A stretch of DNA of 64,000 nucleotides from Octopus sinensis (lineage: Eukaryota), in assembly GCF_006345805.1 (NCBI RefSeq), contig NC_043000.1, positions 60,326,001-60,390,000 on the forward strand, given 5' to 3'. The stretch's first letter is position 1. Each line of letters opens with the position of its first letter. Shown here in pieces: positions 26,941 through 40,540 of the stretch. The notes beneath the pieces are model-generated. The model was not told where the DNA came from. It searched no databases and saw only the letters and a program-made list of their open reading frames with translations. A program made the translations under genes and the position numbers.

Positions 26941-29900
26941 TCTTCATATAGTAATCCAATGGTGTAAACAACAAAATGGTTTCCTATTTGTTTCTTCAGG
27001 GCAAAAGATGGATTTCAACAAAGTACAGCAAGCTTACAAGACACTCATCTTTTATATACTGATCTTGTTATTTACAACTCCTAAAGTGCTTCTCTAAAAT
27101 TAAGTACACTGGTCTATTAAAGTTAGGTTGGTGTTTTTACAAGAGACACAGTTTCATAATATGATCTTCTATTGAGATGACATGCCATCTGCTAAATATG
27201 GCAGCTAAATTCCCCTCAAATTACACCCAACCATCACAAAAGAGGAATACTTTAGATAATGGAGTTCTGGATGCACTTTCTAACAAAAAAAACGACAGTA
27301 TAGACATAACTGGAAGGCCTTGAATCGTAAGTCAAAATCATCCTAGAGCTAAACAACATTGTGAAGAGGGTGTGTGTGTGTGTGTGTGTGTGTGCATGTG
27401 TGTTATTAAAGTCTCTCAGAATGTAAAATAAATGTAGCTATGATAAAAACATTTGTTCTGTTACTGAATTATTATGTAGGAGAGAGAGAGAGAGCGAGCA
27501 GAGTCAGATATTCAGCATCTCAAATGTTGTTGCCAAAGATTACTTTTAATCCAATCTTCACAACTGGATTCTCTAAGTACAGACTCTTGACAAGAATATT
27601 GCTCTTCTTTGCCAGAGAGGTTTCTTTAATCTAGTTGAAAGTTATATCAGAGAAAAGCATATGTATTGCAGGATATATGAAGCTTCTTGTGAACATCGTA
27701 ATAATGAGCTTTGAGTTGACAAATTAAAAAATTAATCAGTCACTCATGTAATCTTAACTATATTGATTTCTTTGCCACTGTAAATGCTGTAGTTTAGATG
27801 TTAAATTCATGGTGAACCATATTTACAGCTGAGTTCAATTCCTGACTATCTATTTCAATTTATACACCAGTGTCCTTTCAACATTAAATAAAATGCAATA
27901 GAAAGCAGCACATCAAGATATTAAGTTAGTCTCAGATCTAGTCTCAATGTTTGTGATAGAGTGAACCCCACTGAAGCACTCCAGAGCTTATGTAGTAATT
28001 TAGTCACAGATTTTAATTCTTAAATTTCAATACAATTAGCTTCAGAGTGTCTTTCATGTGATTAAGATATCTTTGATGCATTATCAACACTCTGAAGCAG
28101 TTTGAGTTTAAAATAAAGCTGAAAGCTTTCTACCACTCAACTGCTCCACCAAAAATGTTATCAATTTAGCAGTTTATATCAGTTGACTCTAAATATCTGT
28201 AATATTAGGTAGGGGAACTGGTTCATACAAAATGAGGATATATTGACACATTAGGGATGCATCTGTGAACCTGTGTGATATATGTCTTGGTATCCTCCAA
28301 GTCTTGGTTGCACAGGGGCCTTATCTGTTACTTAACCAACAAGTGGGTCCTTGATAAATGCTACTATCACTCCAGGAAGAGCAGAACTGGAAGAAGTGAA
28401 GACTAAAGGTTAACTTGTTTCTCCTCCAAACTTCTAAACTCCCAAGCTGGATCCTCACGACTAGATGCAGTTTAGTGTCTTGCCCAAAACAAGTGCATAA
28501 TATTTATTTAAAAGTAGTTAAAAGAATAAATTTGATAGAATGTAGTGGTAATTGAAGAAAGTCAGCTGATAAAAAAATTGAAAACTCTGAATTTGTATTC
28601 CAACATGCTTACCTCAGTACTAACTCAAAGTGTTTCCTAAATTCCAAATCAAAAATAAATATCTGTTCTTCAACAGTAATTACTTAAATTGTTTTCAACT
28701 TCCTTTCAAATGTCCCTTTAGGGACATTAATCTAAATGCTTTATAAACCTCTGTCATTTTACATATTTTTAAACTTCTTAATGTCACTAATTGATTATCT
28801 TAAAATGTAAGAAAAATTATGTGAATGCAAATTACCACCAACAAAGCTTGCTATGTCATCAACAACCTCATTAACATCTTCCAGACAGACTTTCTAGACT
28901 TGCAGCAAAAACTTATCTGCAGTAAAATAGCTTGTAGTACTAAGTAGATATTAAGTAAAAATATATTTAGAAAGGTTGTTATCTACAACAGCAGATTGCT
29001 GGCTCTGAAGTGTAACAGTATCTTTTAAAGAATTACTGAACTTTAATTCAAATGTAAAAAGCAAAAAAACATACTATATATGTGCTGTCATCAGTTTTAC
29101 CAAAGATGAAGTGCAAGAGAAAGGGGATACAGAGGAGTAGGGTAGGATTGAAGTTGAGAATGTTTGTAAAATATAGTCAGCTAAAGTGAAAATTTGTAAT
29201 GTGGAGAGAGAATAGTAATCTTTCTTACAAATCTATTATAAAAATTTTTTAATTTGAAATAGATATTAATGTTTCTCTTCTGCTTAAATAATGTGATGTT
29301 TAAAGCTGTGGTTAAGTTAGTGTTAATGTATTTAAAGCAGAAAGCATCAAAACACTAGCTAGAAATGCTGATGTAGTAAGAAAAACAAAAATAATATTAT
29401 TCATTGACAAATAATTAAGTATAAGAGATAGATCTGGACATGTTTCTGCCTTATTATGACCTCATTAATGAAGCATAAATTTGTTATAGTTACCAAAATA
29501 GTGATGAGAGAATCAATAGAGAAAAATCTACACTGGTGTTTGGAGAAAATAGAGTAGTTTGCAATAACTGCATGAGCAACAATAGTTAATGTTAACATAT
29601 TTAATGCAGGGAATAATGAATTAAAAACCTAACTAGAAATAATTAAATGAAGAGGAGAAAATAGACACTATTATACATTTATATTATTTTAATTATTTTA
29701 GCAAGTATAGGGAACAACTATTGTTTTCCATGTGGGTGGCTTCTCTGAATAATATAATTTAGTCTTTAAAAAATTGTACTATGCTAACCAATGAGTTTTC
29801 TTGTATATTTGCCTGGTCTCTTATCACCACTTCATTAAGTACAGTGAAGCCTATGCTTTACTGATAGTCATAAGAAAACTAAAACATTTCTAGAGTTGTT

Positions 29901-30436
29901 GTTTGTATTTGCCAAAGTAATTAAAATAACTCTGAGAATGACTAATCATTATTTCTTTCTTTTTTTTTTTTTTACTTCATCACACATTGATTTTGAGTTA
30001 GCTTTCTAATCCTCCTAGTATTAAATATATTAACTCTAATTTAACTATTTTGTTTTAAGTAGACAGCATCTTTGAGAAAGATATTCTGTATACAATTCTA
30101 TTTTCCAGCAAAGTAGTTATACATTAAATATCAAAATAAGGTTAATTTCAGCACCAATTTATAAAATATGTACCATATATTTCAAAACTAATATGCAACG
30201 TTCAGCTCAGTTGTCATTAATTGAATATCATCATCATCATCAACAACAACATTTAACGTCCATTTTCCATGTTTGATAAGAACTGGCCAGGTCAGGGGCT
30301 GCACCAGATTGGCTTGGTTTCTATGGCTGGATGCCCTTTCTAATGCTAGTCACTCTACAGAGTGTACTGGATGCTTTTTATGCGGCACCAGCACCCACAC
30401 CAATGCTTTTTACACGGCATCTTATATATATATATA

Positions 30437-30605
30437 CAAGGGCAAAAGGAAAATTATTTCCATGCCAATATGTTGATAACAGACTTTTAAATTGTCAATT
30501 TCCACATATTATTATTTGGGTATATAATAATAATATGTGGAAATTGACGATTTAAAAGTCTGTTATTAGCATATTGGCATGGAAATAATTTTCCTTTTGC
30601 CCCTG
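30437..30605. mobile_element. Hairpin element / MITE-like fold-back of about 170 bp
   Basis: Arms of about 78 bp (CAAGGGCAAAAGGAAAATTATTTCCATGCC.. / ..GGCATGGAAATAATTTTCCTTTTGCCCCTG) with about 4 mismatches and a short loop. Confidence 0.7.
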
Positions 30606-30717
30606 TTTATAAGTTGTTTATAATTTTAACCTTTAAAGGTATTTTAATATGCTGCCACTTATTTGATGAAATTTTTTTCTGTAAAAAAACCCAAAAAAAA
30701 TTCATCCTATATTAGTA

Positions 30718-30761
<44 letters not shown>

Positions 30762-31205
30762 TATATATAAAATCATGTTACCTCCACTCTTTCCATGCTT
30801 GTATTGATCAAATAAAATTCTTTAAGACAAATTTTTAACAGTCAGTAGCTCTTCCTGTTAGAAACCCTCACTGGTGTCCAAGTAAGGTAATATTTCTCCA
30901 AGGCCAGAAATGATTTCACAAAAGATTAGTAAAATGCAACACCATTCGTATCAGGTTATGACTATCAGACTATGACTATTTGACTATCTGGTTATGTCAA
31001 AACAAGGACACACATATACATGACAAGAAATCAAGTCAGTGTCCATCTATCAAATCCATTAACAAGACTTTGGTCAGTCAGGGACTAATAGAAACACATG
31101 CCCAAAGTATCATGTAGTGGGACTGAAACCAAAACCATCTTGCTGGTAAGTGAACTTCTTAAATAGATAGCCATGTATGCATACCCACATACAGACACAC
31201 AGTTA

Positions 31206-31600
31206 TCTTTATATATAAAAGTGAAGTTGTGTGTCTGTCTCCTACGATTTAGATTCCTTACTCCCACAATTTGCGGTGCAGTGTAACCAAAAGCGGGTAT
31301 CTTATAGTCGTGATTCATATTAAGCCCTTCTGGGTATTAGCACGCGTCTATGATGAGTCTACGATTTAAAAAATAATTTACCATCATTTTTTTTCCATTT
31401 TAATGCATTTTTTCGCTATTATATAAGGAAAATAACTCTCTAAAAATGTCTACGATGAGTCAACGATTTAAAAAAAAATTTACCATAATTTTCTTTCCAT
31501 TTTTAATGCATTTTTTTGCTATTTTTGGCTATAACTCTCTAAAAATGCTTATATAGTTATTTCCCTTACAAACCCGAGCAACGCCGGGCAATACTGCTAG
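31206..31600 (+). mobile_element. Non-autonomous Helitron
   Basis: A|TC 5' end, CTAG|T 3' end, subterminal hairpin CCCG-AGCAACGC-CGGG (31573-31588), no TSD; internal tandem duplication starting TCTACGATGAGTC/TCTATGATGAGTC. Confidence 0.75.
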
Positions 31601-33716
31601 TATATGATATGCAAGAAACTTAATAAAGAAACATCACTAATAGTTATCCAAGTTTCTTTACTTGCTGCTGTTTTACACACATATACTCACACATGCTATT
31701 ATATTATATTGTATTATATTATATATCATCATCATCATCATCATTTAACGGACATTAAATGATGATGATGATGATGATGATGATATATAATATAATACAA
31801 TATAATATAATAGCATACAAAGTATCTATGGCTAAGTGTCTCCCATAGTGTCCTTTGTATATCATGTGTAACATATACTTGTATAGTTGTTGTTCATATT
31901 TAACCTCAGGTCAGCCTTAATTAAGCAGTCCTATGAATGAGGTTTTCCAGTCATGACCATTCCCTTTCCTCACACCTGGTTTACCTTGGACTAAAAGGTG
32001 TGCTTCTTTTTAAGACTGTGGTGTGTGATTTGAGAGAAATTGGCTGTACTTTATGGCTTATAAAACAATCACATACAGGTTTCTTTGTAGGTTTGTATAA
32101 TTATCTTTTTAAATATAAATAGTACAAAGATGTACTATTTGTTCATGTTTTACATCTACTTTTTCATGCCGGCATAGGTTGAATGGTTTTCTTGATATTT
32201 TATAGCTGTATGCTCTTCCTGTTACCAAACTTTTAGTCATCTCTTATGATATGTAGGGACATGGTAACCTGTTCTAAATCATGGATATGCACAATATGCA
32301 TAATATAGTCAATACATACAAATCTAGTATACAAATATATTAATTATTGTTGTTGTTTAACTCCAGGTCAATACTGATTAAGGTCTGAGGTCAAAAACAT
32401 TGTAGCCAAGACCATCTGTTGTGTTTTAAGGCATAATATACTAAGACTACCTTATTCAATATGTCTTAGCCATTTTTAAGAGCATAGGGTATGGTTTAAA
32501 GGGGATTTGGCTGCTATTTGTTGTGAATTATAGAACCATGTATATGCTCACTCATTGACTCATTAAGTGGTATGAAACTCTCAAGAGAGCTGAACAGCAG
32601 ATCTTCAGCGAAGAAACCCACCTCAGGCAAGTGTTTTGGCCCTTAACCTCTTACACTGTAAAGGGCCGGGCTGCATCCAGGTCATGGCTCCTGAGTGCCC
32701 TTCTGCTGACATTTGGATATCAGAGACCTGCGCATTTAAACTTCTACATGCAAGAGACAACAGTAAAGACTCAAATAAATCTTCTTAGAGCTACTTGTAA
32801 TTAAAGGCGGATGAAAGTGTAAACCCCAACAGCCACAATATTCCTGTGAAGGGCAGTGACTCCAGGCATTATTTGCTTTGAAAGGTATAATAACGAAACA
32901 ATACCACATAAAAGTTTGTAGTGGTGATTTGAAACCAAACCATTAGGTAAGTGATCATGCATCATGAACCCAAACCACAATAGTTTCACGTGATTAGTCT
33001 ATTAAGCAACCAATCCGTGTCAAGCTACTGCATGAGTCAATCTTCTAGAATTATCTCTTTGTACCCTATAAAAAACAACTTTTGGTGCCTAAACTCTTTG
33101 TAGAGTGTTGAGACCAGCCAACTCATTCACACATCTCATCTCTTGCCTTGCAGAATGTTGAGGCAGCTGTATGTTGTGTCTCCATTCTTGCCACAACCAG
33201 ACAGTTAAGAAAGATGGCAGATAGTCAACAGGAATCTCTGTCGCCATGAATATAGTGCAATTGTTTCCAGCTATAGTGGGCCAGCCACAGATTACTGTAT
33301 CAGTATGCTTGTTGTAAACTCCAAGCAGTATGTCTCTCCTACTATGTAATTATTGTTATTATTTGTAAAAGACCAAATTCAATGTATAATAATAAAATTT
33401 TCTGTTAATTGTTTGCAGGTGTTGTCAGTTACTTCTTCACGCAGCCCAAGAAACACATTTCCATTCATCAACTCAACCAGTCATCACCACAGACCAGCTA
33501 ACAAAAACAGCTCACAACAGGTTATTTACAAGATACATGATATTTCCATTGTCATGCTTGATACACGTTGATAGATGATGACTATAACTTTGCTGTATAA
33601 ATCAAATACAGATGAGAGTCTCCATTTTCATTTTTACTTAAAGCTATTGAGACAAGGAGAGGTTCAAGATTCAGAAGTTATTTACATATCTATTTTTTAA
33701 ATTTAGATTCTTATTA

Positions 33717-34340
33717 CTCTTTTACTTGTTTCAGTCATTTGACTGTGGCCATGCTGGAGCACCGCCTTTAGGAGAGTAAATCGACCCCGGGACTTATTCT
33801 TTGGAAGCCTAGTACTTATTCTATCGGTCTCTTTTGCCAAACCACTAAGTTACGGGGACGTAAACACACCAGCATCAGTTGTCAAGCGATGTTGGGGGGA
33901 CAAACACAGACACACAAACATACACACACACATATACTCTTTTACTTGTTTCAGTCATGTGACTGTGGCCATGCTGGAGCACCACCTTTAGTCGAGCAAA
34001 TCAATCCCAGGACTTATTCTTTGTAAGCCTAGTACACATTTCTATCGGTCTCTTTTGCCGAACCGCTAAGTTACGGGGACGTAAACACACCAGCATCGGT
34101 TATCAAGCAATGTTGGGGGTACAAACACAGACACACAAACATATACACACATGCATATATATATATATATACATATATACGACAGGCTTCTTTCAGTTTC
34201 TGTTTACCAAATCCACTCACAAGGCTTTGGTTGGCCCAAGGCTATAGTAGAAGACACTTGCCTAAGATGTCACACAGTAGGACTGAACACGGAAACATGT
34301 GGTTTGTAAACAAGCTACTTACCACACAGCCACTCCTGCA
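33717..34340 (-). mobile_element. SINE family A, full copy (33937-34340) with a tandem partial copy of its 3' half (33717-33930)
   Basis: CTCTTTTACTTGTTTCAGTCAT.TGACTGTGGCCATGCTGGAGCACC occurs twice about 220 bp apart; head ACCACACAGCCAC at 34321. Confidence 0.85.
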
Positions 34341-35657
34341 AATTTAATTTGGGCTGTTTTAAAAAACAAACATGTTTATGTCAACTTTTAAAGCAATAAT
34401 ATGGTCATTTATAAAAATCTATGCTCCTGTTCTGGAATACACACACAAAATTAGAATGTTTCTACTTTGGGTTCATAAACAAATAAAACATCTTAGCCAT
34501 AATTTAACAACATATGTCAAAAACCAGACTGATAGTAATTGCAAAAACAGAACTAACTCCTAATAGTAAGGATCTGTTAACTTAAGTATTTTTTACTTAG
34601 ATCATTCAGTGTATCACCTTGTAGTGAATCTTGCAGGCATGAAGTGGATTTGATCCACCATAGCCAAATTTAAATTAACAGTTCAACAGAATTTTTCTCA
34701 TGGTGGAACAATGGTTTTTTCTGTGACAGCAGTTTTACATTTGCCAGATTGCCTTTAGCTAGGCCGAAATAATGTCTTCACCACTTGACCCTTATAACCT
34801 CCTCTACTTCACCAAAAGCTAGAATAGAGAAATCACAGTACCACCAATGAAGTCCATTGTTCTCAACGATATGACCATCCTTCTGGATAGTTAAAAACAA
34901 GAACCTGCAAGTAAAAGACAGCCAGTCACTTGTTGCAACTCAAGAGTTAGTCACTTTGGTGACAACTCAGTTAGCGAGAACGGAGTCTGGCTGACTGGCT
35001 AGAACAACTTTGGTACCTCACCAATGAAGTAGTTGTTTTGTCCCACACTCTCTCACTCTCACTAGCTCTAATTCTGTTTTCTTCCAACACGATTCTATCA
35101 CTCTCTGCAACCACTACTACACAATGACAAGAACACAAACACAAACTCTACATCTATCCTCACTTTGCATGCTTTACGATTTTATCACCTGCCTGTCAAG
35201 GTAAGGTATTGTATAATGTAATGGGTAAAAATAAATATTTCTTTAAAACTTCATGCATTGTTCATCTTTTACATTTCACGTGTTATTACAATTTAATTTC
35301 AACCGATACAAAAATAATCTTTCATTGATTACAAGCTGGTGACCCTCGACTTCAACTAAAAACTTAACTGTTACAACCTCGTATGTGCAAAAACTTCATA
35401 ATTCATTATATGGAAAAATTTCTTTCAACTGACCAATAAGACTAAAACAAGTCCTTCTTTGTTCCTTTGCCTTCAAGTCAAGATCAGATTTTCTCTTAAG
35501 CATGTAAATTTCATGAAATTATTTCCCCCTTTCTTTTAGAGTTACAAATTGTTACTACTAGGTTTTGCATTTTTCTCCAACTAAGGGAAATTTCAATTAA
35601 CTAAAAGTTTTTTGCATACATCATTCACTACATCACTTCTTAACTTTTTTCATAACT

Positions 35658-35875
35658 GAACCATTTAGCATTCAGATTACTCTGTCAAATGTAATGATTA
35701 TTTATTCACTTTATTTTGAATTGAATTAATCATTCAAGATATTGATGACATGATTATTTAGTTTTAGAATGACATTGTAAGGTAGGTGTGATAGGCCAGA
35801 TCTGGTCAGTTTAAACATAAAACAGGTAGAATATTTGATCTGGATATGGCCAGTTTAAATGCTAAAGAGCTAAAT
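35658..35875. mobile_element. MITE with AACC(C)TTTAGCATT..AATGCTAAAG(G)GTTAA ends
   Basis: Degenerate terminal inverted repeats; another copy ends AATGCTAAAGGGTTAA at about 3463-3478. Confidence 0.5.
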
Positions 35876-37591
35876 ACGTTACATCATTTGAATCCCTTCA
35901 GAAATTGGTCATAAATTTTTCTAACAACTGAAACTCAGAGCTAAAGAAGTGACAGTTACAAAATGAAGTAGGAGAAAATTTTAAGTAGAGTAAAAAGACC
36001 AAATACATATGTCAAAACAATAGTTGAAGAAATCACTACTTCTGTCGTGTTGCAAATTATATTTCATACATCTACATATATAGGAGCTTGTGTACTTTAT
36101 ACTTGGAAAATACACAAACTTAGGCCATTTTTCAAAACAGAAGTAAATCTAACAAAGCATTTGGATGATATATAATTTTTTCACACAGTTAAAATATATT
36201 TATCTTATTTTTAATAGCATTATGAAACACTGAAATGAACTATCAACACCCTTTGGGGGCTGGTTCTAACAGAAAACAGGATGCTAAAGAAAGAAGTTAA
36301 AAAGAGACTTCCTTTATATTTGCTAGTATATTTATTAATGAATTACCAAATCCCATCCCCAAACCATAAACATTAATAGAGATACAGGTGGGAGGAGTAG
36401 TTAACTGCAAACTTGAAAAAGATGAATATCAGGACACTGACATGTGCTCAACATTTTTAACCATTAATAGCCAGTTATTCAGTGCAAGTGGAAATTTCCA
36501 TAAAGATACTTTCCAATTAATCATGTACCTTCTTTAACGAGTGCATTAAAGGCATTTAATTTGGCGCAGGCAATATGCATGAGATATGTAACATCTTACA
36601 AGACGAAAACATTTCACTGTTTTCTTAAACTTGTGTGTATATTTTAATTGGACTTGTAAAAGTAAGAGGATATTTTCAAAATCTCAAATTTCTTATTTAT
36701 CATTTTGGCTTTGGCTGTCATTGCGTAAGTAAGGGAGTTTATGTTGGAATTGATTAATAGATGCACCACACATAATCTTTTTTTTTTTTTTGGTAACTGG
36801 GAAGGATAAACAGAACTGTAAAGTAGGTTTATTAGTGTATATTCTCAGTAAGTAAAAAGAAATTTAACCTTGCAGTGAGAAGTAGATATTGTGGCTAAAC
36901 TATATGTATTTTTTCCCCTCTCTGACCAGGAAAATGAGAATGGCCCAACTACTTCCAGTGTCTCCTTCCTCTCCTTCAGAGGTCAATTATTCATTTTCTC
37001 AAAAACAGAGAGAGAATAGTAGTTTATAATTGTTTATACTATACACAAATACCAATAGATCTGAATTTGTCTTAACTTGCATAAGTGTTGGTAACATATA
37101 TTAATGAACTACACAATGGATTTTTGATAAAAATGGCTGTGCGCCCTTTTAGTGAGTACATGTTTAGCTTCTCTAAGAGTGATTAGAATACTCTGCATTC
37201 TAACAAACTTTTCAGTACAGAGAGTTTTTTTGTAAAAATTGAGAAGTTAATCCTCTAGAAAATAAAAATTTGTGTTTCCAGAGATCATCTAGCTACACAC
37301 TACACCAGCTAGAGCCAAAAAGGGAGTCTCTACAGCAGTCATGGACAAACCGCAGTTTGTGGGACTTGATGAATAGCATGCCAACAAAAAAATTATCTAG
37401 AATGCTTTTAGCATTGTGGCACACCTGATGATAAGCCATATTTTATGCAGCCTGTTTCACAAAAAAGGTTATCCATTCTTGTTCTACAGAAATAGCAGCC
37501 AAATCTCCCTTGAATCATTCCCTGTTTTAGAAAAGTAGTACACATTGGATTATGTGGTTATGAATACACTGTTCCTGGTATAGACATGAAA

Positions 37592-38232
37592 TTTATTACC
37601 TCCACCAAGGAAGGAGGTTATGTTTTCATTGGCATTGGTTTGTCCATCTGTCCGTCTATGTGCAAAATAACTCAAAAAGTTGTGAACGGTATTTGATGAA
37701 ACTTGCAGGAAAAGTTGTTAATGACACAAGGAACAGATGATGAAATTTTGGTAGTGATCCAGGAATCGTTATGGATTCTTGAAGGATTTTTCATTTGTTA
37801 TATTTACTTTACATGAAGTATTACAATGTTATGTTCTTTGATTATCTCCCTTGAAAACACATTCATTGTTTCAACGTAACCTTTGGTGGCGTTGCTATAT
37901 CCAAAGTTTATTTTCGTTTCTCTATTAGTAATGTTACTCGCGTTGTGTGTGTATCACTCAAGTTTTAGGTAATTGTTGTTTCTTTTTAGTCATATGGTGA
38001 AACTAGCTTGCTGTTGTCATTGATGTATTATAACTGCTTCAGATGATTGCTGTTTTTAAAGGTTTTGTTTTTTTAAATCATATAGCTGTATTATTTTTTT
38101 TTTAACCCCACCAAGGAGGTTATGTTTTTGCCGGTGTTGGTTTGGGAAATTGGGCAATTTTCAGCATGTGCGTATATGGGTGGAAATGAGCAGCTTGGCG
38201 GAGGTCTGCGCTCTACGAGTGCTTTTCTAGTT
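37592..38232 (+). mobile_element. Helentron-associated (HINE/DINE-1-like) non-autonomous element
   Basis: Subterminal inverted repeats ACCTCCACCAAG (37598) / CTTGGCGGAGGT (38194); 3' hairpin GCGCTC-TAC-GAGTGC; CTAG followed by TT; a second 5'-end copy near 38100. Confidence 0.65.
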
Positions 38233-38234
38233 AC

Positions 38235-38610
38235 CTTTTACTTCTTTCACTCATTGGACAGCAGCCATGCTGGGGCACTGCCCTGAAGGATTCAGTTGAA
38301 CAAATCCACTCTAGTACTTATTTTTAAGTCTGGTAGTTATTCTATTGGTTTCTTATTGCTGAACCACTAAGTTATGGGTACATAAACAAACTAATACAAG
38401 TTGTCAAGCAGTGGGTAGGGTGGGAGACAAACACAAACACACACATACATAATGGGCTTCTTTCATTTACTGTCTACCAACCAAATCCACTCAAAAGGCT
38501 TTGGTCAACCCAGGGTTAGAAAAACACCTGTGCAAGGTGTCATGCAGTGGGACTGAACCCGAAACTATGAGGTTAGGAGGTAAGGTTCTTACCACACTGA
38601 CATGTCTGCA
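38235..38610 (-). mobile_element. SINE family A
   Basis: Homologous to 33937-34340 along its length. Confidence 0.8.
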
Positions 38611-38826
38611 CCTACTTGGAAAGCATTTTTCATAGAACTGCTCAATCAGGACTGAAGTGAGTCCAGGCAACAAGAAGTTTCACCCTTTAAGATATAAGTG
38701 TTGTATTTGAAATTTATCATTTGTGGTATTAACTGTTTATAATATTGATTGCCAAATTTGGTCACAAATTAATAGGATAAATGTAGAAAGAATTGTGTAA
38801 ATCCTTGAAGGATGAAAGGCTAAGTA

Positions 38827-40135
38827 CCATAAAAACCCATGTAATTTATGCACTTTTTTTTGGCAAAAATAAAAATAAACTTTAGGGGGTGCGTGAATTA
38901 CATGAGTAGATCATTTCCAGAATTTCTTTTCAAACTTTTTTGTTGAAAAAAGACACACAAAACGTAAACATTCATACTGGAAGTTGACTCATTTAATGTC
39001 AGAATAGATTTTTACAGAAAAAAATAATGGCTCAAATATAATGAAGTTGATGTATATTTATGCTGGATGGTATAATGCTTACTTTTACAGTATAAATTTA
39101 CTGAAACCATTAAATGGTTAAATACTTTTTCAAGTTTGATATTCATGCTGGTAAACACGGTCTGGGTCATAATTTATATTGCTTGGTGTTTCTATCTATC
39201 ACAATGGAGTACCATTGACATACATACATACATACATACATTGACATACAGGGATATGGATATTCCTAACTGGAAAAAAAATGTAGTGATAGGATAATCT
39301 TGATTGTATGTTTTTATTTTGGTCTGTTTATTACTAGGCACTATTTTAAGTTTGTCGTATTGTTTACGCCAATTTCAAACATTGGCGTCATTAACATTAA
39401 AATGCTTTCCGGCAGCTCTATTGCCATGTTCAAATGCATATTCAACATACTTAATTTCTCCTTCACAGTAAACAATTCATAAGTCCTGCCCATACTGTAA
39501 ACAACAGTAATGACAAATTTTTAAGTTTGCTTGACATTTTATAAGTGTGAAACAGATTAAAATTTCTATACTCCATATCAAAGGTTCTGACAAGAATAGG
39601 CAGAAAAGAATTCTGTTTACATAATCAGTTTGATCAGTCACCTTCCTCTGTCGGTTGAGTAAAGTGTCATCCAAGCTGATGTTTATTGGTAATTAAACTT
39701 AATTTGCAACACCTGTATGTATTTATCAGCTTTGTTTTCATTGATAATTCTTATCAACAACTTACCTGTGATAGTGATTTGAGAACACATACAGCAGTAT
39801 GCAAAAGATCAGACATAATCTCTTGTGGGCAAGAAATGTAAAATAAAGTTCATTATAAACAACACAAACACTTTGTAATTTAGTAGCTTTCAATGTGATA
39901 CCTGTTACAGAGAAGGTATTTTTATTTAATGAAAATTTAATAAAAGCTAATCATAAGTAAGTGAAATTATGCTAAATACAACTAAATTGAAAAAATTTTT
40001 CCCCTGGCTATATTAGCAATTCTGAAAACTTTTGTGTGCAAATTTTACACAAGACAGAGCTTTTTCTAACAAATTTTATTCTGAAAATCACCTGCATAAA
40101 TTACACAGGTGCGCAAATTACATGGGTTTTTATGG
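38827..40135 (-). mobile_element. pogo/Tc2-like DNA transposon, decayed and probably internally deleted
   Basis: TA|CCATAAAAACCCATGTAA.. and ..TTACATGGGTTTTTATGG|TA TIRs; minus frame 39345-39455 reads KYVEYAFEHGNRAAGKHFNVNDANV*NWRKQYDKLK, a Brinker-type DNA-binding domain as in pogo/POGK-like transposases. Confidence 0.8.
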
Positions 40136-40540
40136 TAAACACTATCAGGATTAGAACAAAGAATATAAAAAAACCTGCTTAAATACTTCTAGGCATTTGG
40201 TCCAACCCTCAGCTATTTTTGTCACTTCACTACCCTAATAAAGTAAGATGGAAGTGAGAAATCAATAATGATATATACAATATGCAGAGCAAAAAAAAGC
40301 AAAAAAAAATAAATAAAAAAAGGATATTACACACTATGAAATCATTTTCTTATAAATAACTAATATGAAAATATTGAATTGGGCTAAACCAGTGTCTCTC
40401 ATTTTAATTCACACTAGTCTAGTAATTGAATAAAAATTCCATTTAGCATGTATATTCTGTTGAAGAAATTCAAGAAGACATTTATATTATGATTTAAATT
40501 GTTGCTGTAAGATGAAAATTTAAGTTCATACATACACATA

